Assembly (NCBI GenBank): GCA_016192825.1
Contig: JACPTK010000025.1
Location: forward strand, 3,912-67,911
DNA: 64,000 nt
Direction of reading: 5' to 3'
Source of the DNA: Betaproteobacteria bacterium
Lineage (GTDB): Bacteria; Pseudomonadota; Gammaproteobacteria; Burkholderiales; SG8-41
Both the position numbers and the translations under genes were made by a program. Positions 21,401 through 30,780 of this stretch are shown here, piece after piece. Under the pieces are notes generated by a model. That model saw only the letters and a program-made list of their open reading frames with translations. It was not told the origin of the DNA and did no database searches. Position 1 is the first letter of the stretch. Each line of letters begins with the position of its first letter.

Positions 21401-21610
21401 GATACCAGGCTGTAATGAAAACATCGCGGCACCGACTTATCAGAGCGTGCAAGGTCAGAGGGCAGCTCATGTAGGACGTAAGGTTTCGGTCGTTGCGCTG
21501 GTCTATTGCCGTACAGGCGGGAACAAAGACGGCGCGAAGTGAGCAATATGCCCGCTGGTCGTTTGCCGAATTTCAGTGATGTAAATATTTTCTTCTTAAA
21601 GGAGATAGTC

Positions 21611-21853
21611 ATGTTGAAGAAAGCGGTCTACGGTATCGTGGTAATGGGCCTGGTGTTCTCGGCGCAGGGCGCGTCGGCGGAAAATTCATGGAACGACGAG
21701 AAGCACGGCGTGACCGAAGCCATTCTCGAATTGCCCTCGGGAGCGGAAACGCTTCGTTACGCCGCAGCGACGAAGGGGCGGCCCATGGGGCAGGTCCAGG
21801 ATCGGACGCAGTCCAGCGAGAGCCCATTTCCGCCCATCCAGGAGGCCGAATAA
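21611..21853 (+). CDS. Small secreted hypothetical protein
   Basis: An AAGGAGA RBS lies 5 nt before the ATG. The signal peptide is 'MLKKAVYGIVVMGLVFSAQGASA'. No family was recognised. Confidence 0.45.
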   Translation: MLKKAVYGIVVMGLVFSAQGASAENSWNDEKHGVTEAILELPSGAETLRYAAATKGRPMGQVQDRTQSSESPFPPIQEAE

Positions 21854-22089
21854 GCGTCGGTCAATAGCGGCTGAACCCGAAGGAGAACCCCGCAGCCCCC
21901 AAGCTGCGGGGCCCTTCCGTTCCCGGAGCACGCTCCATCCTGATCCACGCGGCTGCCGCGCTCTGACTGCTGTTCGCGACCGGCGCGTTCGCGCGGAGGG
22001 TCCGCCCTCGCTCTGAATGCTCAACGCCGATGGCACAGTAGAGGGCACCGAAGCGCGCGACCCATCACCCCATGACCCCAAGTTGATCG

Positions 22090-23490
22090 CTACCGTATTG
22101 CAACCAGGTCGAGCGTTTCACCGATCCCCGCGACTTCGCGGACTGTCAGCACTTTCAAGGCCCGTGCCCTGTCATATCCCTGCCGCACAGCACGCTCAAG
22201 CGCGGATACGGTCGCCAGGGCGCGCACGCCCTCGGCTTTGGTGTGATTCTGCAGCTTCGCGGCGCGATTCACCGGGTCGCCGATGACCGTGTACTCGATC
22301 CGCGATTCGTCCCCGATCACTCCGTAAGTGACGGTTCCCACATCGACGCCGATGCCGATGCCCGGCGCGGGACGGCCCGCACGCGCCTGCGTCCCGGCCC
22401 ACGCATCGAGAGCGTCCAGCAGCTGTTCCGCGGCCCGGAACGCATCGGCGGCGTAGGTGGACGACCGGCGCGCTGCGCCAAACGTGGCCATGACGCCGTC
22501 GCCGAGAAAACCGTCGACGCTGCCGCCGTTGCGCTGGATGACGGGCACGACCGCGCGCTGGTACTGGCCGAGCAGCGCCAGCAAGTCGCACGGCGGAAGC
22601 TGCGCCGCAAGCCGAGTGAATCCGCGCATGTCGATAAACATCGCGGCCGCCTCGACCTGCCTGCCCTGGCCCGGCTTCAGCGCTTCATCCGCGCCCATGA
22701 TCGCCGCGGCGGCTTCGGGCGCGAAGAAGCGCGACAGCTGCGCGGCGGCCGCGCCCTCGGCAACCGCGCGGAACAGCAGGGCACGCCCGCGCGCCGCCGC
22801 GACCGTGAGCACGAACGCGACCAGCAGGATGGAAACGATCTTGTCGATCTCCCCTCCCAGAAGGATCCGGGCCGACGTCATATAGTCGACGTAATCGCGC
22901 GTAATCAGGTCCCGGCCGCCAGGCTCCATCAACGCGTATCCCAGCATCAACGACCACCCCGCCGCCGCGCACAGACCCGCGAACAGGACATAGCCGGGCG
23001 CGACGCTCAGCACGCGCAGCGCGATGAAGATGAAGACGTACAGCAGCGTCGGCGCCTTGAGGTAGAACGCCGCCGGTTGGCCGTACTCGATGTGAAAGGT
23101 CCAGATCGTGAGCATGAGCAGCGCCATGTCCGCGACCACCGAAACCATGAGCACCGCGTGCGACAGTCGATTGCGGTACGCAAGGTGCAGTCGCCAAGAC
23201 GTGAAGCACGCGTAGATCGCGAGCGCCCAGGGCACCGGATGGAAACTGGCTTCGAGCGGCGCGGTCTTGCGTGAAAACGCGTACAGCAGCGCGAACGTCG
23301 CCACGAGGGCCGCCTGCATCCACCCCGCCAGAATCTCGTTGCGCCGCCGCTGCTCGTCGAGCTGCCGCGCGACGCGACGCGGCATCTGGTCGGTGTCGGC
23401 CCGCGCCAGCCATTCCCGCACGCGCAGCCATGCACCGGACGCGGGGTTGGCGGACGCTGTGGTGCGTAGAGGATCCGTTCCCGTGGCCAT
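22090..23490 (-). CDS. Membrane-anchored class III adenylate/guanylate cyclase
   Basis: It has about 6 predicted TM helices followed by 'AAAMFIDMRGFTRLA...DGFLGDGVMATFG...GIGIGVDVGTVTYGVIG...YTVIGDPVNRAAKLQ'. The ATG at 23490 has a GGAG RBS. Confidence 0.85.
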   Translation of the reverse strand: MATGTDPLRTTASANPASGAWLRVREWLARADTDQMPRRVARQLDEQRRRNEILAGWMQAALVATFALLYAFSRKTAPLEASFHPVPWALAIYACFTSWRLHLAYRNRLSHAVLMVSVVADMALLMLTIWTFHIEYGQPAAFYLKAPTLLYVFIFIALRVLSVAPGYVLFAGLCAAAGWSLMLGYALMEPGGRDLITRDYVDYMTSARILLGGEIDKIVSILLVAFVLTVAAARGRALLFRAVAEGAAAAQLSRFFAPEAAAAIMGADEALKPGQGRQVEAAAMFIDMRGFTRLAAQLPPCDLLALLGQYQRAVVPVIQRNGGSVDGFLGDGVMATFGAARRSSTYAADAFRAAEQLLDALDAWAGTQARAGRPAPGIGIGVDVGTVTYGVIGDESRIEYTVIGDPVNRAAKLQNHTKAEGVRALATVSALERAVRQGYDRARALKVLTVREVAGIGETLDLVAIR

Positions 23491-23555
23491 TGCATTCTTC
23501 TCCATGCCGTCAGCGGGAAAAATGCGCGGCCGGCGACAGCCGGCGCGGGGCCCGG

Positions 23556-23741
23556 TCACCGCCCTTCGTCGCGGTCCCGAAAGCGGCGCATGGCAGCGCC
23601 GATGAAATCGAGCTGCCTGCGGAAATTGGCGCAACCACTGCACATCATCAAGTGCAGCGCGAGGCCGAACCGCTCCCACATTCCAAGGCGCCGTTCCCGG
23701 GCCTCCGACAGCAATCTGCTGACTTCCCTGCACGATAGCAT
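23556..23741 (-). CDS. zf-HC2 anti-sigma factor (small)
   Basis: 'MLSCREVSRLLSEA...HLMMCSGCANFRRQ' has the HxxxCxxC motif. It lies immediately downstream of the ECF sigma gene. Confidence 0.7.
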   Translation of the reverse strand: MLSCREVSRLLSEARERRLGMWERFGLALHLMMCSGCANFRRQLDFIGAAMRRFRDRDEGR

Positions 23742-23749
23742 GGCTCCGC

Positions 23750-24319
23750 TCAATCCCGTTCCTTGCCAAACCACTTACTGTCGAGGCACTCGCGCAAGCT
23801 CAAGCGCGCGCGGTGCAACGTCACCCACAGATTGGTCGGCGTGATCGCGAGATCCTTACACACGTCGTCGCTTTCCTGCTCCATGACCTCGCGCATCATG
23901 AATGCACGCGCCGCGCGCGCCGGCATGAGTTCCAGGCAGCGCTCCAGGGTCTCCCAGAACCGCCGGTCTTCGAACGACTTTTCCGGATTGCCCCAGTCGG
24001 ACGGGACCTGGCGCCAGCTGCCGTCGGCCTTGAACAACCCGTCCATCAGCCCGGCATCCGGGTCCTCGTCGTCTTCCGCGAGGGATTGCTCGCGCGACCG
24101 CCTGCGCGTCACGTCGATGATCTTGTGCTTGAGTATGCCGACCGCCCATGTTCGATACGCGGACCTGCCGGAAAACCCGGAGCGCGCGTCAAGCGCCGCG
24201 AGCAACGTTTCCTGTACCACGTCTTCCGCCAGGACAGGGTCCCGCAACTGGCGAATGGCGTAGCGCAAGAGATAGTCGCGCAGTTCCTGCAAGTCTTCGT
24301 CGGCTGGGATGCTCGCCAT
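23750..24319 (-). CDS. ECF-family RNA polymerase sigma-70 factor
   Basis: Region 2 is 'VVQETLLAALDARSGFSGRSAYRTWAVGILKHKIID'. Region 4 is 'ARAFMMREVMEQESDDVCKDLAITPTNLWVTLHRARLSLRECL'. Confidence 0.88.
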   Translation of the reverse strand: MASIPADEDLQELRDYLLRYAIRQLRDPVLAEDVVQETLLAALDARSGFSGRSAYRTWAVGILKHKIIDVTRRRSREQSLAEDDEDPDAGLMDGLFKADGSWRQVPSDWGNPEKSFEDRRFWETLERCLELMPARAARAFMMREVMEQESDDVCKDLAITPTNLWVTLHRARLSLRECLDSKWFGKERD

Positions 24320-24392
24320 GGGGCCTGTTCCGCGAGTGATGCTGTAAACCCTTTGCCATTGTAGCGGAAACAGGGTTCGTTCCTGTTTTCCG

Positions 24393-26495
24393 TTAACGTT
24401 CAGATCCCGCCGGGATTTCCACGCTTCGCCCGAGCTTGCCGGCAATTTCGGACGCCGGCATCGGCTTGGCGAACAGAAAACCCTGAGCTTCCTCGCAGCG
24501 TCTCGCCAGCAGGAAATCGAGCTGCCGCTGTGTTTCCACTCCCTCGGCCACGACCCTCTTGCCGAGGCTGTGGCCCAGGCGAATGATGGCGTCGCATATC
24601 GCGTCCGCGTTGGAATCGCGCCCGATATCGTCAACAAATGACTTATCGATCTTGATGGCATCGATCTCGAGCTGGCGCAGATAGCTGAGTGACGAATAGC
24701 CGGTTCCGAAATCATCTATCGACAGATGCACGCCGAGGCGCCGCAGAGTGGAAAGCACGGTGGCCGTGAGCGCAACATCCTCCATGGCAGCGGATTCGGT
24801 GATCTCGATTTCAAGGAGGCCGGCGTCGATTCCGGCCTCCGCCAGTGCGCGGCGCGCGAGCTCCGGCAGCCTCGGGTCGCGGAATTGCCGTGTGGAGACG
24901 TTGACCGCGACTCTCGGCGGGATCAGCCCCGCGTCACGCCAGCGCCGAATCTGAACGCACGCTTCGCGTAACACCCATTCGCCGATGGCAATGATCTGGC
25001 CGCTCGACTCGGCAACCGGGATGAACTCGCCCGGAGAAACCCATCCACGCGCAGGATGTTTCCAGCGGATCAGGGCCTCGCAGGAGCTGATCGGCCGAGC
25101 GCCGCCGCCGGGATCGAGGGTGACCTTCGGTTGATAAAAAAGCTGCAACTCTCCGCGATCGAGCGCCAGCCGCAGTCCGTGCTCGATCTCCTGGCGCCGC
25201 TGGGCCGCCTGGGTCATCTCCGGCGAGAAGAATTGGTAGCGTGCGCCGGTATCGCCCCGAACGCGGCTCAATACCACCTCGGCGTCGTGGAGGATGGTCT
25301 CCGGCTCGACACAACCCGTGTCCGGGCATGTGATCCCGATCCTGCCACGCAGATGGATTTCGTTGCCCCCAATGACGAGAGGGCGGTCGATCTCGCTCAG
25401 GATGCGCTCGGCGTGCTCCGCCGCCTGTGCCGGGCTGAACGGCCCAGCGCTCACGATGCTGAACTCGTCCCCGCCCAAGCGGGCAATGAACTGCCCCGCG
25501 TTGATTTCATGGCTCAGCCTGCGTGCGACTTCGATCAGAACCTGATCGCCAGCGTGCTGGCCCAACGCGTCGTTGATCGCACTGAAATCGGCCAGATTCA
25601 GCACCAGCACATGCACGTTCTCCCCGCGCTGGCAGGCAGCCGACAGCGTCTGACGCAGATGTTCAAGGAAGAAGTCCCGGTTAGGCAAGCCGGTCAGCGT
25701 GTCGTGGCGAGAGAGAAAGCGCGCGCGTTCTTCTGCGCGCAGCCGGTCGGCGCGTTTGCTTTCCGCAACCCGCATCAGCATCTTGTCATGAGCCTGGAAC
25801 ACTTCGCCAAGTTCGTCGCGCGGGCGCTCGCGGACCTGGTAGTCATCGGCGTGATCGGGATTCGCCGTGGCGCCAAGCATGCTCCGCCGCAACTTGAGTA
25901 TCGGGCTCAACACCGACCGGTAAAGCACCACCATAGTGCCCGTCGTTACCACGGCCACGATGAGCGCGACCAGTCCTGCGATGCGCAACACGAAAGCGAC
26001 AAGCTCGGTATTGACGTGGGAGCTGTCCATGCGCGCGAGAAATACCAGGCGCTCGCTACCCCTGACTACGCTCCAGGCAAGGTCGTAGCAGGTTCCACCC
26101 AGGGTAAGGCGGCTGACTTTATCGCGCTGGCCCCGCAGCACCTCGTCTATCGCGAAATCCGAGAAGTCGGCATCGCCGATCGCCCCGAGGGTTGCGCCGT
26201 CGCTGCGACGGATGCCGAGCGCCAGTATCGGGTTATCGCGCTGCGCCTTGCGCAACAGCTGTTCCAGCTCCCGTGGCCGTGTCAGCGCTTCCTCGCTCAG
26301 CGCCATGGACTGCATCACTGTTATCGCCCGTTGTTCGAGCAGTTGCAGCGCATTGCTCCGGAAGTTGTAGGCCGAGGGGATAAGGATGACGCTCTCGATC
26401 GCGAGAATCAGCAGGAATACGGAAAACGCGACCGACTTGCAGAGACGGCAGTTCCACACGCGCAGCGCGGTTTCGCGTACCGCGTCGGAGTCCAT
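24393..26495 (-). CDS. Membrane sensor GGDEF/EAL protein (diguanylate cyclase/phosphodiesterase)
   Basis: It has two TM segments and a HAMP-like linker. The GGDEF domain has 'GGDEFSIV'. The EAL domain has 'EALIRW...DDFGTGYSSLSYL'. Confidence 0.9.
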   Translation of the reverse strand: MDSDAVRETALRVWNCRLCKSVAFSVFLLILAIESVILIPSAYNFRSNALQLLEQRAITVMQSMALSEEALTRPRELEQLLRKAQRDNPILALGIRRSDGATLGAIGDADFSDFAIDEVLRGQRDKVSRLTLGGTCYDLAWSVVRGSERLVFLARMDSSHVNTELVAFVLRIAGLVALIVAVVTTGTMVVLYRSVLSPILKLRRSMLGATANPDHADDYQVRERPRDELGEVFQAHDKMLMRVAESKRADRLRAEERARFLSRHDTLTGLPNRDFFLEHLRQTLSAACQRGENVHVLVLNLADFSAINDALGQHAGDQVLIEVARRLSHEINAGQFIARLGGDEFSIVSAGPFSPAQAAEHAERILSEIDRPLVIGGNEIHLRGRIGITCPDTGCVEPETILHDAEVVLSRVRGDTGARYQFFSPEMTQAAQRRQEIEHGLRLALDRGELQLFYQPKVTLDPGGGARPISSCEALIRWKHPARGWVSPGEFIPVAESSGQIIAIGEWVLREACVQIRRWRDAGLIPPRVAVNVSTRQFRDPRLPELARRALAEAGIDAGLLEIEITESAAMEDVALTATVLSTLRRLGVHLSIDDFGTGYSSLSYLRQLEIDAIKIDKSFVDDIGRDSNADAICDAIIRLGHSLGKRVVAEGVETQRQLDFLLARRCEEAQGFLFAKPMPASEIAGKLGRSVEIPAGSER

Positions 26496-26634
26496 CGCCG
26501 TCGTGCGCCGGCTGATTACACGAGGAGTCGTTGTCACGTCTTTCCGCCTACCTCGAGATCTCTGAAATCCTAGCAGCCTGTCGGACTTTGATGGCACTTT
26601 CGCATTTTTATCCGGGGTGATTTTGCCTAAGGAG

Positions 26635-26658
26635 CATGTCGGACTCAAGTCCGACATG
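26635..26658. repeat. REP-like palindrome (TGTCGGA...TCCGACA family)
   Basis: It reads CATGTCGGACT-CA-AGTCCGACATG with 11-bp arms. A half-site 'tagcagcctgtcggac' lies at 26571-26586. Confidence 0.7.
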
Positions 26659-26969
26659 CACCTGGTTCTCAATGCCAATACGGATGGAACAGCACCGCGG
26701 ATTCGTTCCAAACTGGTTAGCTTGCGCCGCCTGCGCCCGCTCAAGATTCACAGACAACCCATCCGGCAACTCGTTTCGGTCGCGCGCCGGTGGCAGCAAA
26801 AAAATCGCTGTAAGATTTTGCACCGATTGCCGGTCTTACGCTTGGCGGTTCGCGGGCTGTATTTGCCTTCGTGCGCGAAAGGTGCGCGCCGGTGCCTGCT
26901 GTGTAATGATTTGAACACGGAGCCACCGCTGCCATGCCACCCCGAACCTGCGCGCACGACGGTGCAATC

Positions 26970-28250
26970 ATGAGTCTGTGCTTTCCCGCACTCATTGGCA
27001 TCCTTGCTGTCGCGCTCGCCGCCTGCGGCGACACGGCAAAACCCACAACGCCGGTGAAATCCCCGGCGCAAGCCGCCGCCGTCCAGCTTCCCGCTCCGGA
27101 AATCGAGAAGTTTCTGGATGCCCACTGGGCGCGTCCGATCGCGCCCCAGGGCAAGCCCCCGGCCCGCTTCACTTCCATTGAAGCCGCGCTCGACCCGGAC
27201 TCCTGCGGTAGCTGTCACGTCGCGCAATTCAAGGATTGGAAGGAAAGCCTCCACAGTCGGGCGATGGGCCCCGGCATCCTCGGGCAACTGGTCAATATGT
27301 CACCCGACGCCACGAACGAGCATCAGGATTGCATCCGTTGCCACGCCCCGCTCAAGGAACAAGCCGACAGCCTCGTTGCCGCGCTTGCCCGCGAGCAGGG
27401 CCCTGGTTCCCGTCCTGCGAAGGATTCCGGGCTCGCGCTGCATGAACAGGGACTCGTCTGCGCCGCATGTCACGTGCGTGGCTATCAACGGTATGGGCCG
27501 CCGCGCAAGGACGGATCGGTGCCGGATTCCGCCGCACAGCTTCCGCACAACGGTTGGGTCAGCACCGCAGCGTTCGAAGATTCACGCTTTTGTGCTTCCT
27601 GTCACCAGTTTCCAAAAGACGGCTTCGCCCTGAATGGCAAGCTGCTCGAAAACACCTACGAAGAATGGAAGGCGAGCCGTTACGCGCGCGAAGGCAAGGC
27701 CTGCCAGTCGTGCCACATGCCGGACCGCCGGCACTTGTGGCGCGGGATTCACGACCCCGAGATGGTGAAGGCAGGCGTGGCCATTGACGTGAAGCCGGCT
27801 CGCATCCAGTCAGGCGTTGTGTCGGCCACGCTTACCATCAAGAACACCGGGACCGGACACTACTTCCCCACCTACGTCACCCCTAAAGTGGTGGCGGAAA
27901 CCTACCAGGAGAGCGCGGGAGGGCAAGTGCTGAAAGACACGCTGCGCGAATACATCATCGCCAGGCAGGTATCGCCCGATTTGAGCGCGGAAATTGCCGA
28001 CACCCGAATCGCGCCAGACGAGCAGGCGCTGCTCGACTATCGGGTTCGCCTGCATCGGGACGCGGCGTCGCTGGTATATCGGGTCAGGGTAGAACCGGAC
28101 GCTTTTTATACCGGTCTTTACCGCTCGCTGTTGGCCGGAAAGCAGGCTGGTAAAGGTGAGCGATTGATCGCGCAGGCGTTGAAGGATTCCACGGCGTCAG
28201 CGTTCACGCTGTATTTGCACCGCCAGCCACTGCGAGCTGCCGCGCGCTAA
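26970..28250 (+). CDS. Multihaem c-type cytochrome lipoprotein (five CxxCH motifs)
   Basis: The lipobox is 'LAVALAACGD'. The haem motifs are CGSCH, CIRCH, CAACH, CASCH and CQSCH. Confidence 0.8.
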   Translation: MSLCFPALIGILAVALAACGDTAKPTTPVKSPAQAAAVQLPAPEIEKFLDAHWARPIAPQGKPPARFTSIEAALDPDSCGSCHVAQFKDWKESLHSRAMGPGILGQLVNMSPDATNEHQDCIRCHAPLKEQADSLVAALAREQGPGSRPAKDSGLALHEQGLVCAACHVRGYQRYGPPRKDGSVPDSAAQLPHNGWVSTAAFEDSRFCASCHQFPKDGFALNGKLLENTYEEWKASRYAREGKACQSCHMPDRRHLWRGIHDPEMVKAGVAIDVKPARIQSGVVSATLTIKNTGTGHYFPTYVTPKVVAETYQESAGGQVLKDTLREYIIARQVSPDLSAEIADTRIAPDEQALLDYRVRLHRDAASLVYRVRVEPDAFYTGLYRSLLAGKQAGKGERLIAQALKDSTASAFTLYLHRQPLRAAAR

Positions 28251-29338
28251 TGATTCAGCGACGCCTCGATTTCGGCGAAGGTCTGGACGATGTCCCCGAC
28301 GTGGACCGGCACGCCGAGTTGCCGCGCGATCCGGGAAGTAGAGAATAGACCGCGGACCGCCTGGCAGGAATCGCCCTCCTTTGGTTCCACCACCATCGCG
28401 TGCTGCCGCCGCGCGCGCCTGAGGGTAGCGATAATCTGTCCCACACTGGCGTCAAGCACATCGCGCAGCTGGATGACCTCCAGCATCTCGTGGGGCGTCA
28501 TGATGTCGCGTACTGGGATCTCGCTGTGCTTCACGCCCCTTTCCTGTACGATCTGCATCGGCTTTTCGCCGGGAATGTCGCTTGCCGTGACGATCCCGAG
28601 CACGATATCCGGGCTTTCCACGACCAGCAACAGGCGAATGCCGTTCTCGATCATTTTCCGGTTCGCACCGTCAATGGCCGCCCCGGGATCGATCGTGACG
28701 GCGGCCACCCGCTTGAAATCGGTCACGTCGAGGATCGAGTGAACGTCCTCGTCCCCCTCGATTCCGAGAATTGAGGCTCCGAGAATCTTTTGGGTTTCCG
28801 CATCCACCAGTATCTTCATAAAACCCCGGATCTCGCTGCGCTCCCGGGCGCGGCCCACGCGGGTCATCAGCATCTTGCCGACGAGCGCTTTCCGGCCGGA
28901 AGCGCGGACTTCCGTTTCGGTCGTCCCCGCGCGACCGAGGGGCGGGTCAATATAGAGGGCGTAAGCCGTGACGCGGTCCGTCACCTTGCGGCGGTCACCG
29001 TCGAACAGGTTGGCGGCGATGATCTCGTAATCGTTATAGGAAGTGTGGGTGAAGGCGCCGCGACCGTTGACGTCGCCCAGCGCCCAGACGCCCGGAACAC
29101 TGGTGCGAAGTTCGTCGTCCACGACGACGAAGCCCCGCGCATCCGTATTGACGCCCGCCTGATCGAGGCCAAGGTCATCCGTGTTGGGCACGCGCCCCAC
29201 GGCGATCAGCAGGTGCGAGCCGATGACCTCGTCGGGAGCGGTGTCGCACGTCACTTTCACCGCCACCCGATCGCCGCGCTTTCCCACGCTCACGCACCGG
29301 GCGTTCAAACGCACTTCAACGCCTTCGGCCTCCAGCAT
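28247..29338 (-). CDS. Chimeric protein: N-terminally truncated pyridine-nucleotide-disulfide oxidoreductase fused to a CBS-domain pair
   Basis: It starts at 'MLEAEGVEVRL' with a perfect AAGGAG RBS. It lacks the FAD-binding GxGxxG and the redox CxxxxC. It retains 'GVWALGDVNG' and part of the dimerisation domain ('FMKILVDAETQKILGASILGIEGDE'). It then switches to two CBS-like repeats ('IENGIRLLLVVES...IVTASDI', 'HAMVVEPKEG...GLFSTSRI'). Confidence 0.6.
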   Translation of the reverse strand: MLEAEGVEVRLNARCVSVGKRGDRVAVKVTCDTAPDEVIGSHLLIAVGRVPNTDDLGLDQAGVNTDARGFVVVDDELRTSVPGVWALGDVNGRGAFTHTSYNDYEIIAANLFDGDRRKVTDRVTAYALYIDPPLGRAGTTETEVRASGRKALVGKMLMTRVGRARERSEIRGFMKILVDAETQKILGASILGIEGDEDVHSILDVTDFKRVAAVTIDPGAAIDGANRKMIENGIRLLLVVESPDIVLGIVTASDIPGEKPMQIVQERGVKHSEIPVRDIMTPHEMLEVIQLRDVLDASVGQIIATLRRARRQHAMVVEPKEGDSCQAVRGLFSTSRIARQLGVPVHVGDIVQTFAEIEASLNH

Positions 29339-29738
29339 TTAGTCTCCTTACCGCGTGCCGTCGTCGCCGGTTGGATCCGCCGTTTCAGCGTTTGGCCTCC
29401 CCTGCCAATTCAACGGGTTGGAGCAACCCACCGGGGTTGTAGAAAAGCAGCACCAATGTAAGGTTTTCCCTGTCTTGCCGGTCTTTAATCCTGCGAGACG
29501 GCACGATACGTGTCGGCGTGTCAATGCGGGCATAGAGCCCGTTACGGCGGGCATTACGGTCGCAGATGCCGCGGCGTGGTGAAGGGGCGATCTTCGAAAT
29601 GAAAAGAAATGTAAGTTTTGGGTCTTTCCTTCGACTTACCTGCCAGGGCGCGCGTCTGCGTGCGCTCGAGTTCGCATGCAGGCTGAGACCGCAGGCATTT
29701 TGAGTGATCCCAACACCGATATCGAGAGGAGACAGTTC

Positions 29739-30023
29739 ATGCAAAAGATTCAACAGAAATCGCTGGTCAAGTCCCTGGTTTCCACCGGAATTCTGGCGCT
29801 CGCCATGAGCGCCCCCGCCGCGGTCGCCGCAAACCCGTGCAATCCGTGCGCGGCCAAGCCCACGGCATCGAAGGCGGGCGCCAATCCGTGCGCGGCGAAG
29901 AACCCGTGCGCCGCCAAGAACCCCTGCGCCGTGAAGACAACTAGCGCAAAAAAGAAGACGGCAAACCCTTGCGCCGCGAAGAATCCCTGCGCCGCAAAGA
30001 ACCCGTGCGCGGCCAAGAAGTAA
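29739..30023 (+). CDS. Small secreted protein made of NPCAAK hexapeptide repeats
   Basis: RBS is GAGAGGAGA. The signal peptide is '...ALAMSAPAAVA'. The mature part contains 8 Cys, all within N-P-C (ANPCNPCAAK..ANPCAAKNPCAAKNPCA...ANPCAAKNPCAAKNPCAAKK). Confidence 0.7.
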   Translation: MQKIQQKSLVKSLVSTGILALAMSAPAAVAANPCNPCAAKPTASKAGANPCAAKNPCAAKNPCAVKTTSAKKKTANPCAAKNPCAAKNPCAAKK

Positions 30024-30057
30024 CGAGTCGGACAAACCCGGAAATGGAGGATAGAAC

Positions 30058-30780
30058 ATGCGTCTCGAGCTAAAACCGATCGTGCGGTCGCTGGTCTCCG
30101 CCGGCGTGATGACGCTGGCACTGGGCATGCCGGCGGCCTTCGCTGCGAATCCCTGTAATCCTTGCGCGGCCAAGCCAATGGCGTCGAAGAAGGGTGCCAA
30201 TCCGTGCGCAGCCAAGAACCCGTGTGCAGCGAAGAACCCGTGTGCAGCAAAGAACCCGTGCGCGGCAAGAAACCCCTGCGCTGCGGGCGACAAGGTGGAT
30301 CCCAGGCGAGTAACGCGGCCCAAGGGCTACAAACCGTTCAAGGCCGATCGTGCGACTCTGGTCAAAGAAGGCGGAGTATTGTGGAAGGACACCAAGCTGA
30401 GCTCCAATGGCCTGGCGTGCAATACTTGCCATGTGAACAACGCGGCGTTTGCCCCGACTTTCTCCAAACCGTACCCCCATCAAGTCGCGATGGCAAAGGA
30501 AAAAGGCGGCGTCAAGCAGGTGCATTTGGACGAAATGGTGCAGTTCTGCATGGTGGTGCCGATGGCCACCAAGCCGCTCGGATGGAATTCGCGCCAGCTT
30601 GCGGCGCTGACGGCGTATACCGCGGACGTGCAGAAGAAGTTCAAACCGGGAAAGACCGCGGCAGCCAACCCCTGTGCCGCGAAGAACCCGTGCGCAGCCA
30701 AAAACCCGTGCGCAGCGAAAAACCCGTGCGCGGCGAAAAATCCGTGCGGGGCAAGGAACCCGTGCGCAGCGAAAAAATAA
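30058..30780 (+). CDS. Monohaem cytochrome c domain protein flanked by N- and C-terminal NPCAAK repeat arrays
   Basis: Its signal peptide is paralogous to the preceding gene. There are 7 NPC units, then a core with 'LACNTCHVNN' (CxxCH) and 'FCMVVPMA', then 6 more NPC units ending in 'AAKK'. Confidence 0.75.
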   Translation: MRLELKPIVRSLVSAGVMTLALGMPAAFAANPCNPCAAKPMASKKGANPCAAKNPCAAKNPCAAKNPCAARNPCAAGDKVDPRRVTRPKGYKPFKADRATLVKEGGVLWKDTKLSSNGLACNTCHVNNAAFAPTFSKPYPHQVAMAKEKGGVKQVHLDEMVQFCMVVPMATKPLGWNSRQLAALTAYTADVQKKFKPGKTAAANPCAAKNPCAAKNPCAAKNPCAAKNPCGARNPCAAKK

